Assembly: GCA_050950285.1 (NCBI GenBank)
Contig: JBMNHG010000008.1
Span: 310,001-374,000, forward strand
Length of the DNA: 64,000 nucleotides
Direction of reading: 5' to 3'
Source: Kiritimatiellia bacterium
GTDB taxonomy: Bacteria > Verrucomicrobiota > Kiritimatiellia > RFP12 > JBMNHG01
Shown here: piece by piece, positions 37,792-46,881 of the stretch
Layout: each line of letters begins with the position of its first letter
Numbering within the stretch: position 1 is the stretch's first letter
Made by a program: the position numbers and the translations under genes
Notes under the pieces: model-generated
Seen by the model: the letters and a program-made list of their open reading frames with translations, nothing else
What the model was told of the DNA's origin: nothing
Database searches by the model: none

Positions 37792-39977
37792 TGACGACTC
37801 TTGTCTGTGCGTTGCAGGCGAGCAGGTCCGGTCAAGCCCTGGCTGGAGGCGGAGAAAGTCCGTTTCCGTCGCCGAGCGCCTGCGTGCGGGCGTGCCCCGA
37901 CGGGGCGAATTCGGCGGCGCGGCTCTGGCAGGGGATCTCTCCGCAGGTGAAGGAATGGGAGCTGGGCAAGCGGGCGGAGACGCTGAAGTGGTTTGAGGAT
38001 CACCAGTTCGGCAGAACTCCCGCAGGACGTCTCCCGGACCAGAGGCTGGGCGAGCGGTCGGTCGAGTTTCCGGCGGCGGGGCTCAAGATCGACATCACCT
38101 GCATGTTGCCGGAAGGCGCCGATGCGCGGCATCCCGTTCCGGTGTTCCTTTTCGGCGACCACCGGGGCGGAGACACGGCGCCGGAGTATCGCCAGGAGTC
38201 GTATGCTGGCGTCCCCGCGAATTCGATTGCGGCCCGTGGCTATGCCTATGTGCGGTGGAACTTCAACGATGTCTGTCCGAATTCGAGCCGTGGCTCGTCG
38301 GATCGTCTCGCCCGTTGGCCCCTCGGCATCATCTCGTATCTCGCGACCGGCGACAGGACGAATGCGAATGTGGTTCGAACGGCGAACGGCTGGGGAACGA
38401 TCGGTGCCTGGGCGTGGGGCAATTCGCGTGTCATGGACTGGATCGAGTCTCGTCCGGAACTCGACTCGAAGCGAGTTGCCGTTCTCGGACACGGCCGCGG
38501 CGGCAAGACGGCTCTGTGGACGGGGGCTCAGGACGAGCGCTTCGCCATGGTGATCTCGAACGGTTCAGGCTGCGGCGGGGCGCGGCTCGGCCGGGCGCAG
38601 GACCCGAAGGCCGAATCCTTTGAGAAGATCCTGCACAATTTCCCGAATTGGTTCTGCCCCGCGCTTGCGGAATGGATTGGCCGTGACTCCGAGGTCCCGC
38701 ACGACGCGGACGATCTCATCCGGCTGATTGCGCCGCGGCTCGTCTACGTGGCGAGCGGCAGTGAAGACGCCTGGGCTGGCCCTGCGGCGGAAAAGGCGGC
38801 GTGGGAATCCGCGCATGACCTCTACCGTGCCTATCGCCTTGAAGATCGCATGGGCTATCACTGCCATGACGGCATCCACAAGCTTCGTCCCGACGACTGG
38901 GAGAAGTTCATGGACTTCGCCGACGAGCGCCTGAAGAAGCCGTCTGCTGCCGATTCGGATGCAATCGAGCGGCGCATTGCGGCGGCGTGTGCGGACGGTT
39001 CGCGGATGGTGACGCTGTCGGATAACCCGGCTTCGCCGGATCGCGCGTGGCATCTTGTGCGGGCCATTCGCGTTCCGGGCGATTTCTCGCTTGTCTTTGA
39101 CGGTTGTCGCGTGGAACTGGTTGATGGGGTTCAGGACAACCTCGTCCGCAATGCCGGCATCCGTGGAGAAGGCGACGTGATTCCCGAGCGCAACATCCGC
39201 ATTCTCGGCCGCAACGGCGCTGTCCTTTCCGGCGGAAAGCGCAACCACTACCTGCCGAAGCGTTCGGGGGATCCGAACGGCTGGCGTTCGGTGGGAATCC
39301 TTCTCTGCGACGTGTCCGATTACGAAGTCGGCGGCTTCGCGATGGAGGAGACCCAGTGCTGGGCGATTTCGCAGGAGCGTTGCCACCACGGGCGCGTTCA
39401 CGATATCACGTTCGGTTCGACGGATATCATGTTCAACCAGGACGGTGTCGACGTGCGCAAGGGCTGTCACGATCTCATGATCGAGAACATTTCCGGTTCG
39501 ACGGGCGACGATGTGGTCGCGCTGACGGCCTACCGCGATCCGAAGGGCGCGCCGCCGCGTTACGGCATGCAGGTCGGCGGCAACGCAGACCTTGGCGAAC
39601 GTGACGACGTCTACAATGTGACGATCCGTAACGTGAGGGCCCGGTCTTCCGGCGGCCACGGCATTATCCGCCTGCTGACCTGCGACGGCATCCGGATGCA
39701 TCATGTTTCAGTCGAAAACGTTTTCGACACGGCTTCCGGAGACCAGAAGCGTCCACAGGCGACGATTCGCATCGGGGATGTCCTTTTTCACAAGACGCGC
39801 CGCTGCGAGATGGGTGAGATGCACCACATTTCCGTGCGTGACGTAACGGCGTCTGGGAATGTCGCCGTGTGGGTGAAGGGTCCCCTGCGAGATTCGGAGA
39901 TCGTCTCTGTCAAGGCGGCGCCAGGGGGCAAGAAGTATGATATTACGGCTCCGGTTGACAATGTAAGGCTTGACTGA
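37788..39977 (+). CDS. CE15-like esterase fused to a GH28-like beta-helix domain, ~729 aa
   Basis: WGTIGAWAWG.SR..D, GHGRGGK, SGCGG, LIAPR..YV.S..D.WA; C-terminal NQDG, GDDVVAL, GHG. ATGA overlap with the upstream gene. Confidence 0.75.
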   Translation: MMTTLVCALQASRSGQALAGGGESPFPSPSACVRACPDGANSAARLWQGISPQVKEWELGKRAETLKWFEDHQFGRTPAGRLPDQRLGERSVEFPAAGLKIDITCMLPEGADARHPVPVFLFGDHRGGDTAPEYRQESYAGVPANSIAARGYAYVRWNFNDVCPNSSRGSSDRLARWPLGIISYLATGDRTNANVVRTANGWGTIGAWAWGNSRVMDWIESRPELDSKRVAVLGHGRGGKTALWTGAQDERFAMVISNGSGCGGARLGRAQDPKAESFEKILHNFPNWFCPALAEWIGRDSEVPHDADDLIRLIAPRLVYVASGSEDAWAGPAAEKAAWESAHDLYRAYRLEDRMGYHCHDGIHKLRPDDWEKFMDFADERLKKPSAADSDAIERRIAAACADGSRMVTLSDNPASPDRAWHLVRAIRVPGDFSLVFDGCRVELVDGVQDNLVRNAGIRGEGDVIPERNIRILGRNGAVLSGGKRNHYLPKRSGDPNGWRSVGILLCDVSDYEVGGFAMEETQCWAISQERCHHGRVHDITFGSTDIMFNQDGVDVRKGCHDLMIENISGSTGDDVVALTAYRDPKGAPPRYGMQVGGNADLGERDDVYNVTIRNVRARSSGGHGIIRLLTCDGIRMHHVSVENVFDTASGDQKRPQATIRIGDVLFHKTRRCEMGEMHHISVRDVTASGNVAVWVKGPLRDSEIVSVKAAPGGKKYDITAPVDNVRLD

Positions 39978-40077
39978 TCACGATCGAGATGCCCCCTGAG
40001 TCAACTGCTGGAGGCTCATGAGGCATTTCGTGCTTGTCAAGTCCCGGCTTGGGGGGCCGTTGCGGGATGGGGACGGC

Positions 40078-41058
40078 CTATCGCGCGCGCAGGGTGAGCA
40101 GCGCGGCTTCGGGGGGACAGTGGAAGCGGACGGGGATTCCGCAGGTCCCGATGCCGACGGACGTGTACCCGACCAGGGAGCGATAGGACCAGAGGCCGCG
40201 CTGGAAGGGGCGCGGGGTGGGGTCGTTGTCCAGGATGGGGCGGCCGCCCGGCAGGCAGATCTGTCCTCCGTGGGTGTGGCCCGCCAGCAGCAGGCGGACT
40301 CCCGCGGCCTCGGCGCGACGGTAGATGCAGGGGGAGTGGGAGAGCAGCACCGGGAAGGCGCCGGAGGGCATGGCCGCCAGCGCGCGGGGGAGGTCGTCGG
40401 TCTGGTAGATGTTCGGGTCGTCGATGCCGAGGAGCGCCAGCGTGGCGTCCTCCCGCCGGATGCAGGCGCATTCGTTGAGCAGGAAGCGCGCTCCCGCCTG
40501 TTCGAGGACGTCCACGAGGTTCAGCGTGTCGTGGTTGCCCAGCACGGCGTGGACGGGGGCGCGCAGGACGCGCAGGACGGTGAGCGCGCCTTGCGCGGCG
40601 GCCTTCCAGGGGCCGACGGTGAGGTTGCGGAAGTCTCCGGTGATGACGCATGCGTCATAGGCCAGGGTCGAGGTGAATTCCGCGATGGCGGGGGCGATTC
40701 CGGGGTGGAGGTCGATGTGCAGGTCGCTCAGGTGGAGGAGCGTGAAGCCGTCGAAGGCGGCGGGGAGTCCCTCGAGGGGGAGGTCGAGCCGCTTCGCCTG
40801 GAAATCGAGGGAGTTGCGGTGGCCGCGCCGGTAGAGGCCGCATAGTTTGAGCGCGGCGATTTCGATCGGGCGGAAGAGCCGCCGCTTGAGGAAGGTGAGG
40901 CGCGATCCGACGGGGTTGTGGTATTCCTTCTCGCGCGCCCGCTCGGTGGCCAGGCGTTTCGCGCAACGTTCCGGCCCCATCCGGTCTGCGAACATCCGCT
41001 GCAGGACGGCATCGCGGTCCTGGGGGTCGTTCGGGCGGGGAGGGGTGCGGGTGTCCAC
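40078..41058 (-). CDS. Metallophosphoesterase
   Basis: LSDLH, ITGDF, LGNHD, LSHSP, AGHTHGGQ. Confidence 0.88.
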   Translation of the reverse strand: MDTRTPPRPNDPQDRDAVLQRMFADRMGPERCAKRLATERAREKEYHNPVGSRLTFLKRRLFRPIEIAALKLCGLYRRGHRNSLDFQAKRLDLPLEGLPAAFDGFTLLHLSDLHIDLHPGIAPAIAEFTSTLAYDACVITGDFRNLTVGPWKAAAQGALTVLRVLRAPVHAVLGNHDTLNLVDVLEQAGARFLLNECACIRREDATLALLGIDDPNIYQTDDLPRALAAMPSGAFPVLLSHSPCIYRRAEAAGVRLLLAGHTHGGQICLPGGRPILDNDPTPRPFQRGLWSYRSLVGYTSVGIGTCGIPVRFHCPPEAALLTLRAR

Positions 41059-41067
41059 GGATGCGGT

Positions 41068-42336
41068 TCAGTTGTGGCGGAGCGCTTCAACCGGATCCAG
41101 CTGGGCGGCGCGCCGTGCCGGGTAGAGGCCGAAGACGATGCCGATCGCGACGCTGATGCCGAAGGCCAGCACGAGCGAGTAGGCACGGATGCAGGTGGGC
41201 ATTCCGGTCAGGCGCGTGATGAGCACGGGGATGCCCGCGCCGAGGACGAGCCCGAGCAGCCCGCCGCCGATGGAGAGCACGCAGGTCTCGACGAGGAACT
41301 GCGCCACGATCTGCTTCCGGCGGGCGCCGATGGCGCGTCGGATGCCGATCTCCTTCGTGCGTTCGGTGACGGACGCGAGCATGATGTTCATGATGCCGAT
41401 GCCGCCCACGAGCAGGCTGATGGCGGCGATCGAGCCGAGGACGGCGTTGAACCGGCGCTTCGAGGCCTCCGCCTCGCGGAGCAGCGCCAGCGGGACGTCC
41501 ACCCGGTAGTCCTCTTTCTTGTGGAAATGGGCCAGCATCGATTCGATGGCCTTCATGCCGGGTTCGACCGATTCGATGGAGTCCATCTCCACGATGATCT
41601 GGCTGAGCTCGACGCGATCCACGGCGAAGCTGCTGGAGGTGCGCTGCATTTCCACTTCGCCGAAGCGCTCGATGCCGGTGTTCATGGGGATGTATACGTC
41701 GGCGTCGCGATCGGGCGTCTGTATGGCGCCTCCGCCTTCCGCGTTTTGCACGATGCCGACCACCTCGAAGTAGGTCGAGCCGATGCGGAGGGTCTGGCCG
41801 ATGGTGTTGTGGCCGGCGAGCAGCTTGCGGGCGCCGGTTTCCGTGAGCACGCACACGGGGGAGGTGGAGTGCATGTCCACCTCCGTCAGCACGCGTCCGG
41901 CGAGCACGGGGCGCGACACCACCTCGAACCACGCGGGAACGGTGCCCACCACGCGGAGTTCCATCGATGCCGCGCCGAGCATCCCGTTCTTGCGGGCGAA
42001 GCGCGCGGGGACGGTGCGGCGGACGCCGGGGACGACCTCCTGGATGCGCTGTTCGTCGGCGTACTGCAGGCCGTACACGCTCATCCGTCCGGAACGCTGC
42101 GCGCCTTCCATGCCGCTCTCGGGGGGTTTCACGGAGGAGAGGAGGATGTTCTGGCTGCCGAGTTTGCGGATTGCGTCGAGCGCCTGCTGGCTGGCGCCTT
42201 CGCCCACGGCGAGCATGGCCACCACGCTGCCCACGCCGAAGACGACGCCGAGCATGGTGAGGAACGAGCGCAGCTTGTGGCGCATCACGTCCTGTATGCC
42301 CATCCGCACGAGGGGGAGGATGCGGAGGGAGGTCAT
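41068..42336 (-). CDS. MacB/FtsX-family ABC transporter permease, ~422 aa
   Basis: RSFLTMLGVVFGVGSV, GGIGIMNIML.SV.ERTKEIGIR.AIGA, FGLYPA..AA.LDP.EALR. Confidence 0.92.
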   Translation of the reverse strand: MTSLRILPLVRMGIQDVMRHKLRSFLTMLGVVFGVGSVVAMLAVGEGASQQALDAIRKLGSQNILLSSVKPPESGMEGAQRSGRMSVYGLQYADEQRIQEVVPGVRRTVPARFARKNGMLGAASMELRVVGTVPAWFEVVSRPVLAGRVLTEVDMHSTSPVCVLTETGARKLLAGHNTIGQTLRIGSTYFEVVGIVQNAEGGGAIQTPDRDADVYIPMNTGIERFGEVEMQRTSSSFAVDRVELSQIIVEMDSIESVEPGMKAIESMLAHFHKKEDYRVDVPLALLREAEASKRRFNAVLGSIAAISLLVGGIGIMNIMLASVTERTKEIGIRRAIGARRKQIVAQFLVETCVLSIGGGLLGLVLGAGIPVLITRLTGMPTCIRAYSLVLAFGISVAIGIVFGLYPARRAAQLDPVEALRHN

Positions 42337-43079
42337 CGGGGCGCCCCCTTCCCGTCCCTGTCCTGGATCGCGCCGTCGCGCAGGTGGATGCGCGAGCGGG
42401 CGTAGGCGGCGATGTCGTTCTCGTGCGTCACCATGAGGATCGTGCGCCCGGCGGCGTTGAGTTCCGCCATCAGGCTCATGATCTGGTGGCTGGTGGCGGT
42501 GTCGAGGTTGCCGGTGGGCTCGTCGGCGAGGATCACGGGCGGATTGTTCGCAAGGGCGCGGGCGATCGCCACGCGCTGGCACTGTCCGCCGGAGAGTTCG
42601 GAGGGGAGGTGGCGAAGCCGGTTGTCCACCTTCACCATGGCGGCGAGCTCTTCCACGCGCGCCATCTGCTCTTCGGCCGGCACGCCGAGGTAGAAGAGGG
42701 GGAGGGCGATGTTCTCGGCCACCGTGAGCTGCGGGATGAGATGGAAGCTCTGGAAGATGAAGCCGAGGTTGCGAAGGCGGTGGTCGCTTCGCTCGTCGTC
42801 GTCCATCGTGGCGACGTTGCGGCCGTTGAGCCAGTACTCGCCGCTGGTGGGGCGGTCGAGGCAGCCCAGGATGTTGAGCAGGGTGCTTTTGCCGGATCCG
42901 CTCGCGCCCATGATGGCGAGGAAGGTCCCGGCGTGGACCGTGAAGGAGACGCCGTCCAGCGCCACCACGGTGTCCTCGCCGACCTGGTAGTGCCGGGTCA
43001 CATGGCTGAGGCGTATCACCGCTTGCGGGGAATCGGAGCTGCTTTCGTGATCGTGGAGCGTCATCGGCATGTCTTCCAT
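42333..43079 (-). CDS. MacB/LolD-type ABC transporter ATP-binding protein
   Basis: [38 protein letters not shown]. Confidence 0.92.
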   Translation of the reverse strand: MEDMPMTLHDHESSSDSPQAVIRLSHVTRHYQVGEDTVVALDGVSFTVHAGTFLAIMGASGSGKSTLLNILGCLDRPTSGEYWLNGRNVATMDDDERSDHRLRNLGFIFQSFHLIPQLTVAENIALPLFYLGVPAEEQMARVEELAAMVKVDNRLRHLPSELSGGQCQRVAIARALANNPPVILADEPTGNLDTATSHQIMSLMAELNAAGRTILMVTHENDIAAYARSRIHLRDGAIQDRDGKGAPR

Positions 43080-43096
43080 CCGGAAAATTCCTGCCC

Positions 43097-43125
43097 AGTA
43101 TAGGAAAAAACGGAGGACGCGTCAA
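43097..43125 (-). promoter_or_regulatory. Sigma70 promoter for the ABC genes, overlapping the tRNA terminator
   Basis: Minus strand TTGACG-17 bp-TATACT. Confidence 0.65.
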
Positions 43126-43141
43126 AGACGAGTCCTCCGTT
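43105..43141 (-). terminator. Intrinsic terminator of tRNA-Val(GAC)
   Basis: AACGGAGGAC..GTCCTCCGTT stem followed by a T run on the minus strand. Confidence 0.75.
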
Positions 43142-43147
43142 CGAAAC

Positions 43148-43224
43148 TGGTGGGAGATAGTGGACTTGAACCACCGACTTCTTCCATGTCAAGGAAGCGC
43201 TCTAGCCAACTGAGCTAATCCCCC
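43148..43224 (-). tRNA. tRNA-Val(GAC)
   Basis: GGGGGAT/ATCTCCC acceptor, CTTCC-TTGACAT-GGAAG anticodon arm, TTCAAGT T-loop, CCA. Confidence 0.95.
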
Positions 43225-43239
43225 GGAAAAGGTAACCGG

Positions 43240-43268
43240 ATGATAGGCCACCGGGGGCGGGATGTCAA
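43240..43268 (-). promoter_or_regulatory. Sigma70 promoter for tRNA-Val(GAC)
   Basis: Minus strand TTGACA-17 bp-TATCAT. Confidence 0.8.
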
Positions 43269-43431
43269 TAGCCGGCGGAAAATCGCGTTGCGGAAGGTGG
43301 CGTCGCGACGCCGATGCCCCCGCTTCCCGCCGGCGCGGTCGGGCGAAGATGGGGATTCCGTGCCGCCGGGGTTCTATGGCATACTTCCCGCACTTGTCCT
43401 TTTGTCTCCGATGTATCAAGGAGGTGCTCCA

Positions 43432-44526
43432 ATGGCTGGTTTGCTCTATCGCCCCGACATGGATGAAGTGCGCGCGCGTCTCGCGGCCTGGTGGGGGGGC
43501 GCCGATTGGGGGCGTCCGATGTTGCTGGTTTCCGTTCCGGCGGAGCATCCGGCCGAGGATCCGGGGCTGCCGCCCGTGTTGCCGCGGCCGGCGGGCTGGG
43601 TCACCGACTACTCGACCTCCGACTACGGCTACCGCGTGAACATCGCCCGCCGCGCCTGCGTCGGGCGCGACTGCCTGTATGAGCAGGTGCCGGTGGTCTC
43701 TCCCGACCTCGCGCCGAACTGCCTCGCCCTTTTCCTCGGCTGCGAGGGTGTCGAGATGCCGGGCACGGTCTGGTGCGAACCCTTCCTTTCCGGCGAGAAT
43801 CCTCCCGTGCCCGAATTCCGCTTCGACGCCGGGAACAAGTACTGGGCCTTTTCGTCGCGCCTTTGCCAGGAATTGCGGCACTGGGGCGAAGGGCGCTGGA
43901 TGCAGCAGTTCCCGGATTTGATCGAGGGGCTCGACACGCTCGCCGCCATCCGCGGGACGGAGGAGCTGCTGGTCGATTTGCTGGAACGCCCCGAGTGGGT
44001 GAAGGCCTGTCTGCGCCAGATCACCACGCTCTACTTCGACTACTACGACCGCTTCTACGACTGGATCAAGGACGAGACGGGGGGGTCGGTCTTCTGGTGC
44101 TGGGCGCCCGGGCGCATGGCGAAGTTCCAGTGCGACTTCTCGGCGATGATCTCTCCGGCCATGTACGACGAGTTCATGATGCCCGTGATGCGTGAAATGA
44201 CCTCCCGTGTGGACCATTGCATGTACCATCTCGACGGTCCCGGGGCCATTGCCCACGTCGATCTCCTGGTGTCGCTTCCGGATCTCGACATGATCCAGTG
44301 GATTTCCGGAAGCGGGGTGGAGAACTCCGCCGACAAGCGCTGGTGGCCGCTGCTCCACACGATCGTCGACGCCGGCAAGAAGGTCATGATCGGCATCCAT
44401 TCGACGGACGAGCTGCTGGCGCTTCGCCGCGAGTTCGGCGCCAAGCTGAACCGGTTCCTGATCGGCTGCTCCTATCCGATGACGCGCGCCGAGGCCGATG
44501 GGCTGGCCGCCCTGCTCGAACGCTAG
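43432..44526 (+). CDS. Uroporphyrinogen decarboxylase/cobalamin-methyltransferase superfamily protein, ~364 aa
   Basis: SD AAGGAGG; D.LAAIRG.E.LL.DL...PE.V, QCDFSAMISP.MY.EF, YHLDGPGA, IQW. Confidence 0.75.
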   Translation: MAGLLYRPDMDEVRARLAAWWGGADWGRPMLLVSVPAEHPAEDPGLPPVLPRPAGWVTDYSTSDYGYRVNIARRACVGRDCLYEQVPVVSPDLAPNCLALFLGCEGVEMPGTVWCEPFLSGENPPVPEFRFDAGNKYWAFSSRLCQELRHWGEGRWMQQFPDLIEGLDTLAAIRGTEELLVDLLERPEWVKACLRQITTLYFDYYDRFYDWIKDETGGSVFWCWAPGRMAKFQCDFSAMISPAMYDEFMMPVMREMTSRVDHCMYHLDGPGAIAHVDLLVSLPDLDMIQWISGSGVENSADKRWWPLLHTIVDAGKKVMIGIHSTDELLALRREFGAKLNRFLIGCSYPMTRAEADGLAALLER

Positions 44527-45911
44527 CGGCGTGGAATCGCGGCGCGCCGTTTTTGGCGCGGCGGAATGGCGTCCGCGAGAAGGTCGCAACCGCGGCCTCC
44601 CGTGTAGCGGACGGGGAGGATGTCGCCGGGGCGGGCCGATCGCGGCACGCCGCGGAGGCGGAGCCAGCCGTCGACCTCCGGCGCCTGGCGCGGGGTCCGC
44701 GCCAGCCAGGTTCCGCCGGAGCGCGCGGGGGCGCGCAGCAGCAGGGCGCGGTCGGTGCGTCCGGCGAGGGCCCGGTGGTTCTCCCGCATGATGCGGGCCT
44801 GGAGCGCGAGAAGGCGGTCGTGGCGTTCTTCCGAAAGTCCGGCGGGGGGGATGGGGAGGCCGTAGGCGGGGGTCCCCTTTTCGGGCCGGAAGACGAATGC
44901 GCCGAGGGCGTCGAAGCGGGCTTCGGCCACGTAGTCGAGCAGATGCTGGAAATGGGCTTCCGTCTCGCCCGGGAAGCCGACCATGCAGGTGGTGCGGAGG
45001 GCGATGCCGGGGAGGGCGGCGCGCAGGCGGGCGGGGAGGCCGGCGAGGGGGCGGATGGTGTCCGCCCGCCGCATGCCGCGCAGGATGTCCGGATGGGAGT
45101 GCTGCATCGGCAGGTCGAGGTATGGGACAACGTGGCGGGAGGCGGCCATCGCCTCGAGCAGGGCATCGTCCACCGTGCCGGGGTAGCCGTAGAGCAGGCG
45201 GATCCAGAAGTCCCCTTCGAGCGCGTCGAGCGCGCGGAGGAGGTCGGGGAGACGCGGCGCGCCGCGACGGTCCCGGCCGTAGGCGGTGGTGTCCTGCGCC
45301 ACGAGGGTGAGTTCGCGCACGCCGGTGGAGAGGAGCGCGCCGGCTTCGTCCACCAGGTCGGGCAGGGAGCGGGATCGTTGGCGGCCCCGGATGCCGGGGA
45401 TGGCGCAATAGGCGCAGGCGTGGAGGCATCCTTCGGCGATTTTCAGGTAGGCGCAATGGGGTCCGGTGAAGCGCAGGGCGGGGCGGGAGGGGTTGAAGAT
45501 GCGGCGCGCCTCCGGGCTTACGCGCACGAGGGGCTTCCGCGTGGAAAGGGCCTTCCGGATGATCTCCGCGACCTGGTCCAGTTCGTCCACGCCGAGGAAG
45601 GCGTCCACGCCGGGGAAGGCCGTGCGAAGGCCGCGGCGCCGCCGTTGCGGCAGGCATCCGGCCACGACCACCGCCCGGCAGTCTCCCGCGGCCTTGCGTT
45701 CGCAGGCCCAGGCGATGTGCCGGGTGGCCTCGTCCACCGCGTCCTGGATGAAGGCGCAGGTGTTCACGAGGAGCACGTCCGCATCGTCCACGGACGCGAG
45801 GGTCATGCCGGCATCCATCACCGCGCCGGCCATCACCTGCGAATCGACGAGGTTTTTGGCGCAGCCGAGGGAGATGAATCCGACGGAAGGCGGAGTTTGG
45901 GGAAGGGCCAT
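44523..45911 (-). CDS. rimO: Ribosomal protein S12 methylthiotransferase
   Basis: SLGCAKNLVDS, NTCAFI, AYLKIAEGCLHACAYCAIP, WIRLLY.YP, APEVDG. Confidence 0.93.
   Translation of the reverse strand: MALPQTPPSVGFISLGCAKNLVDSQVMAGAVMDAGMTLASVDDADVLLVNTCAFIQDAVDEATRHIAWACERKAAGDCRAVVVAGCLPQRRRRGLRTAFPGVDAFLGVDELDQVAEIIRKALSTRKPLVRVSPEARRIFNPSRPALRFTGPHCAYLKIAEGCLHACAYCAIPGIRGRQRSRSLPDLVDEAGALLSTGVRELTLVAQDTTAYGRDRRGAPRLPDLLRALDALEGDFWIRLLYGYPGTVDDALLEAMAASRHVVPYLDLPMQHSHPDILRGMRRADTIRPLAGLPARLRAALPGIALRTTCMVGFPGETEAHFQHLLDYVAEARFDALGAFVFRPEKGTPAYGLPIPPAGLSEERHDRLLALQARIMRENHRALAGRTDRALLLRAPARSGGTWLARTPRQAPEVDGWLRLRGVPRSARPGDILPVRYTGGRGCDLLADAIPPRQKRRAAIPRR
44537..44554 (+). repeat. Dispersed repeat copy TCGCGGCGCGCCGTTTTT
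   Basis: 17/18 match to the copy at 114-131; lies at convergent gene ends. Confidence 0.65.
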
Positions 45912-45940
45912 GGCGGATCGGGGATGCGGGCGCGGGCCCG

Positions 45941-46843
45941 TCAATCCATGTACGGTTCCGGCGGCCTGGCGACATGGACGTCGAGGGATTCGGGGATGGC
46001 GCCGCCGGGCTGTCCTTGCGGGGTGGCGACGGTCTCGACGGGCACGGGCAAGGCGGTTTCTTCCGGACGGCCGGATACGTGGGCCGGCTTGTCCTTGCGG
46101 AGCGACGCGAGGATCGAGACGAGGCCGCCGGCAACGAGGAGGACGGCCGCCGCGATGGCGGCGATCTTCAGCCTGGGGTCCTGGAGAAGGGGGCGTCGCG
46201 CATCCCGTTTGGGTTTCTCCGTCTCCGCCGGGGCCGGTTCGGGGCGGTCGGGCGGCCGGGGGGCCGGGGCGGGGGACGGGCGGGGCTTGGCGGTGGCCGG
46301 GGAAGGGCGGAAGCGGGGGGCCTGGCGGGGCGGATCTTGCGTGGGGGGCGCCTGGAAACGGGGTTCCCTGGGAGCGGGCGGCTCGCTTGGACCGGACCGG
46401 CGGGCGGCCGCGTTCTGGAAGAGCGTGCCCAGGCTGGCCTCCGAGTCGCTCAAGGCCGGCGCTTCTCCGGATGCTTCTCCGGGTTCCGTTTCTTCGGGTG
46501 CGGCGGCGGGTGCGGCGGCGGGTGCGGCGGGCTCCGGCACGGCTTCGGGCGCCGGGGCGGGCGCGGGTTGCACCTGCGGGCCGGGACGGCGTCCGACTTT
46601 GGGGGAGCGGGCGCCGGTGTAGATCGACATGAACTCGTCGCAGAGGGGTTTGGGGTCGAGGCCTACGCACTCGGCGTAGAGCTTGACGAAGCCCCGTCCG
46701 TAGATGGCGGCGCTGATACCGGAGAAGTCCTCCCTCTCCAACGCCTCGATCTGGCGGGTCAAGAGATGGGTGGCGCCCGCCACGTCGGCGGGTGTCATGC
46801 CGCGTTCTTCGCGGGCCTTACGCAGGATTTCGCCAAGTGCCAT
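45941..46843 (-). CDS. rodZ: RodZ-like HTH membrane protein
   Basis: LGEILRKAREERG..IEALE...IYGRGFVKLYA HTH, Pro/Ala linker, one TM helix; periplasmic tail is short. Confidence 0.7.
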   Translation of the reverse strand: MALGEILRKAREERGMTPADVAGATHLLTRQIEALEREDFSGISAAIYGRGFVKLYAECVGLDPKPLCDEFMSIYTGARSPKVGRRPGPQVQPAPAPAPEAVPEPAAPAAAPAAAPEETEPGEASGEAPALSDSEASLGTLFQNAAARRSGPSEPPAPREPRFQAPPTQDPPRQAPRFRPSPATAKPRPSPAPAPRPPDRPEPAPAETEKPKRDARRPLLQDPRLKIAAIAAAVLLVAGGLVSILASLRKDKPAHVSGRPEETALPVPVETVATPQGQPGGAIPESLDVHVARPPEPYMD

Positions 46844-46881
46844 GATGGATTCCCGGGTGGGAGGGGTGGAGACGGAAGGGA

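Larger units (their letters stand above)
30300..40040. other. Putative accessory/horizontally acquired island (RAYT plus three secreted polysaccharide-active genes)
   Basis: Visibly more T-ending codons (TAT, GAT, TGT, GTT) and AT-richer spacers than the flanks. Boundaries approximate; no att sites found. Confidence 0.5.

Noticed and set aside
30273..40049. AGCCGGACTT / AAGTCCCGGCT as terminal inverted repeats of the island
   Set aside because: Only ~10 bp with a gap, no target duplication, and HUH elements do not use TIRs.
11850..43224. Two tRNA-Val genes as attL/attR of an integrated element
   Set aside because: Different complete isoacceptors on opposite strands, housekeeping genes lie between them, and there is no integrase.
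46496..46530. 12-bp tandem repeat x3 in rodZ
   Set aside because: In-frame Ala/Pro linker; ordinary low complexity.
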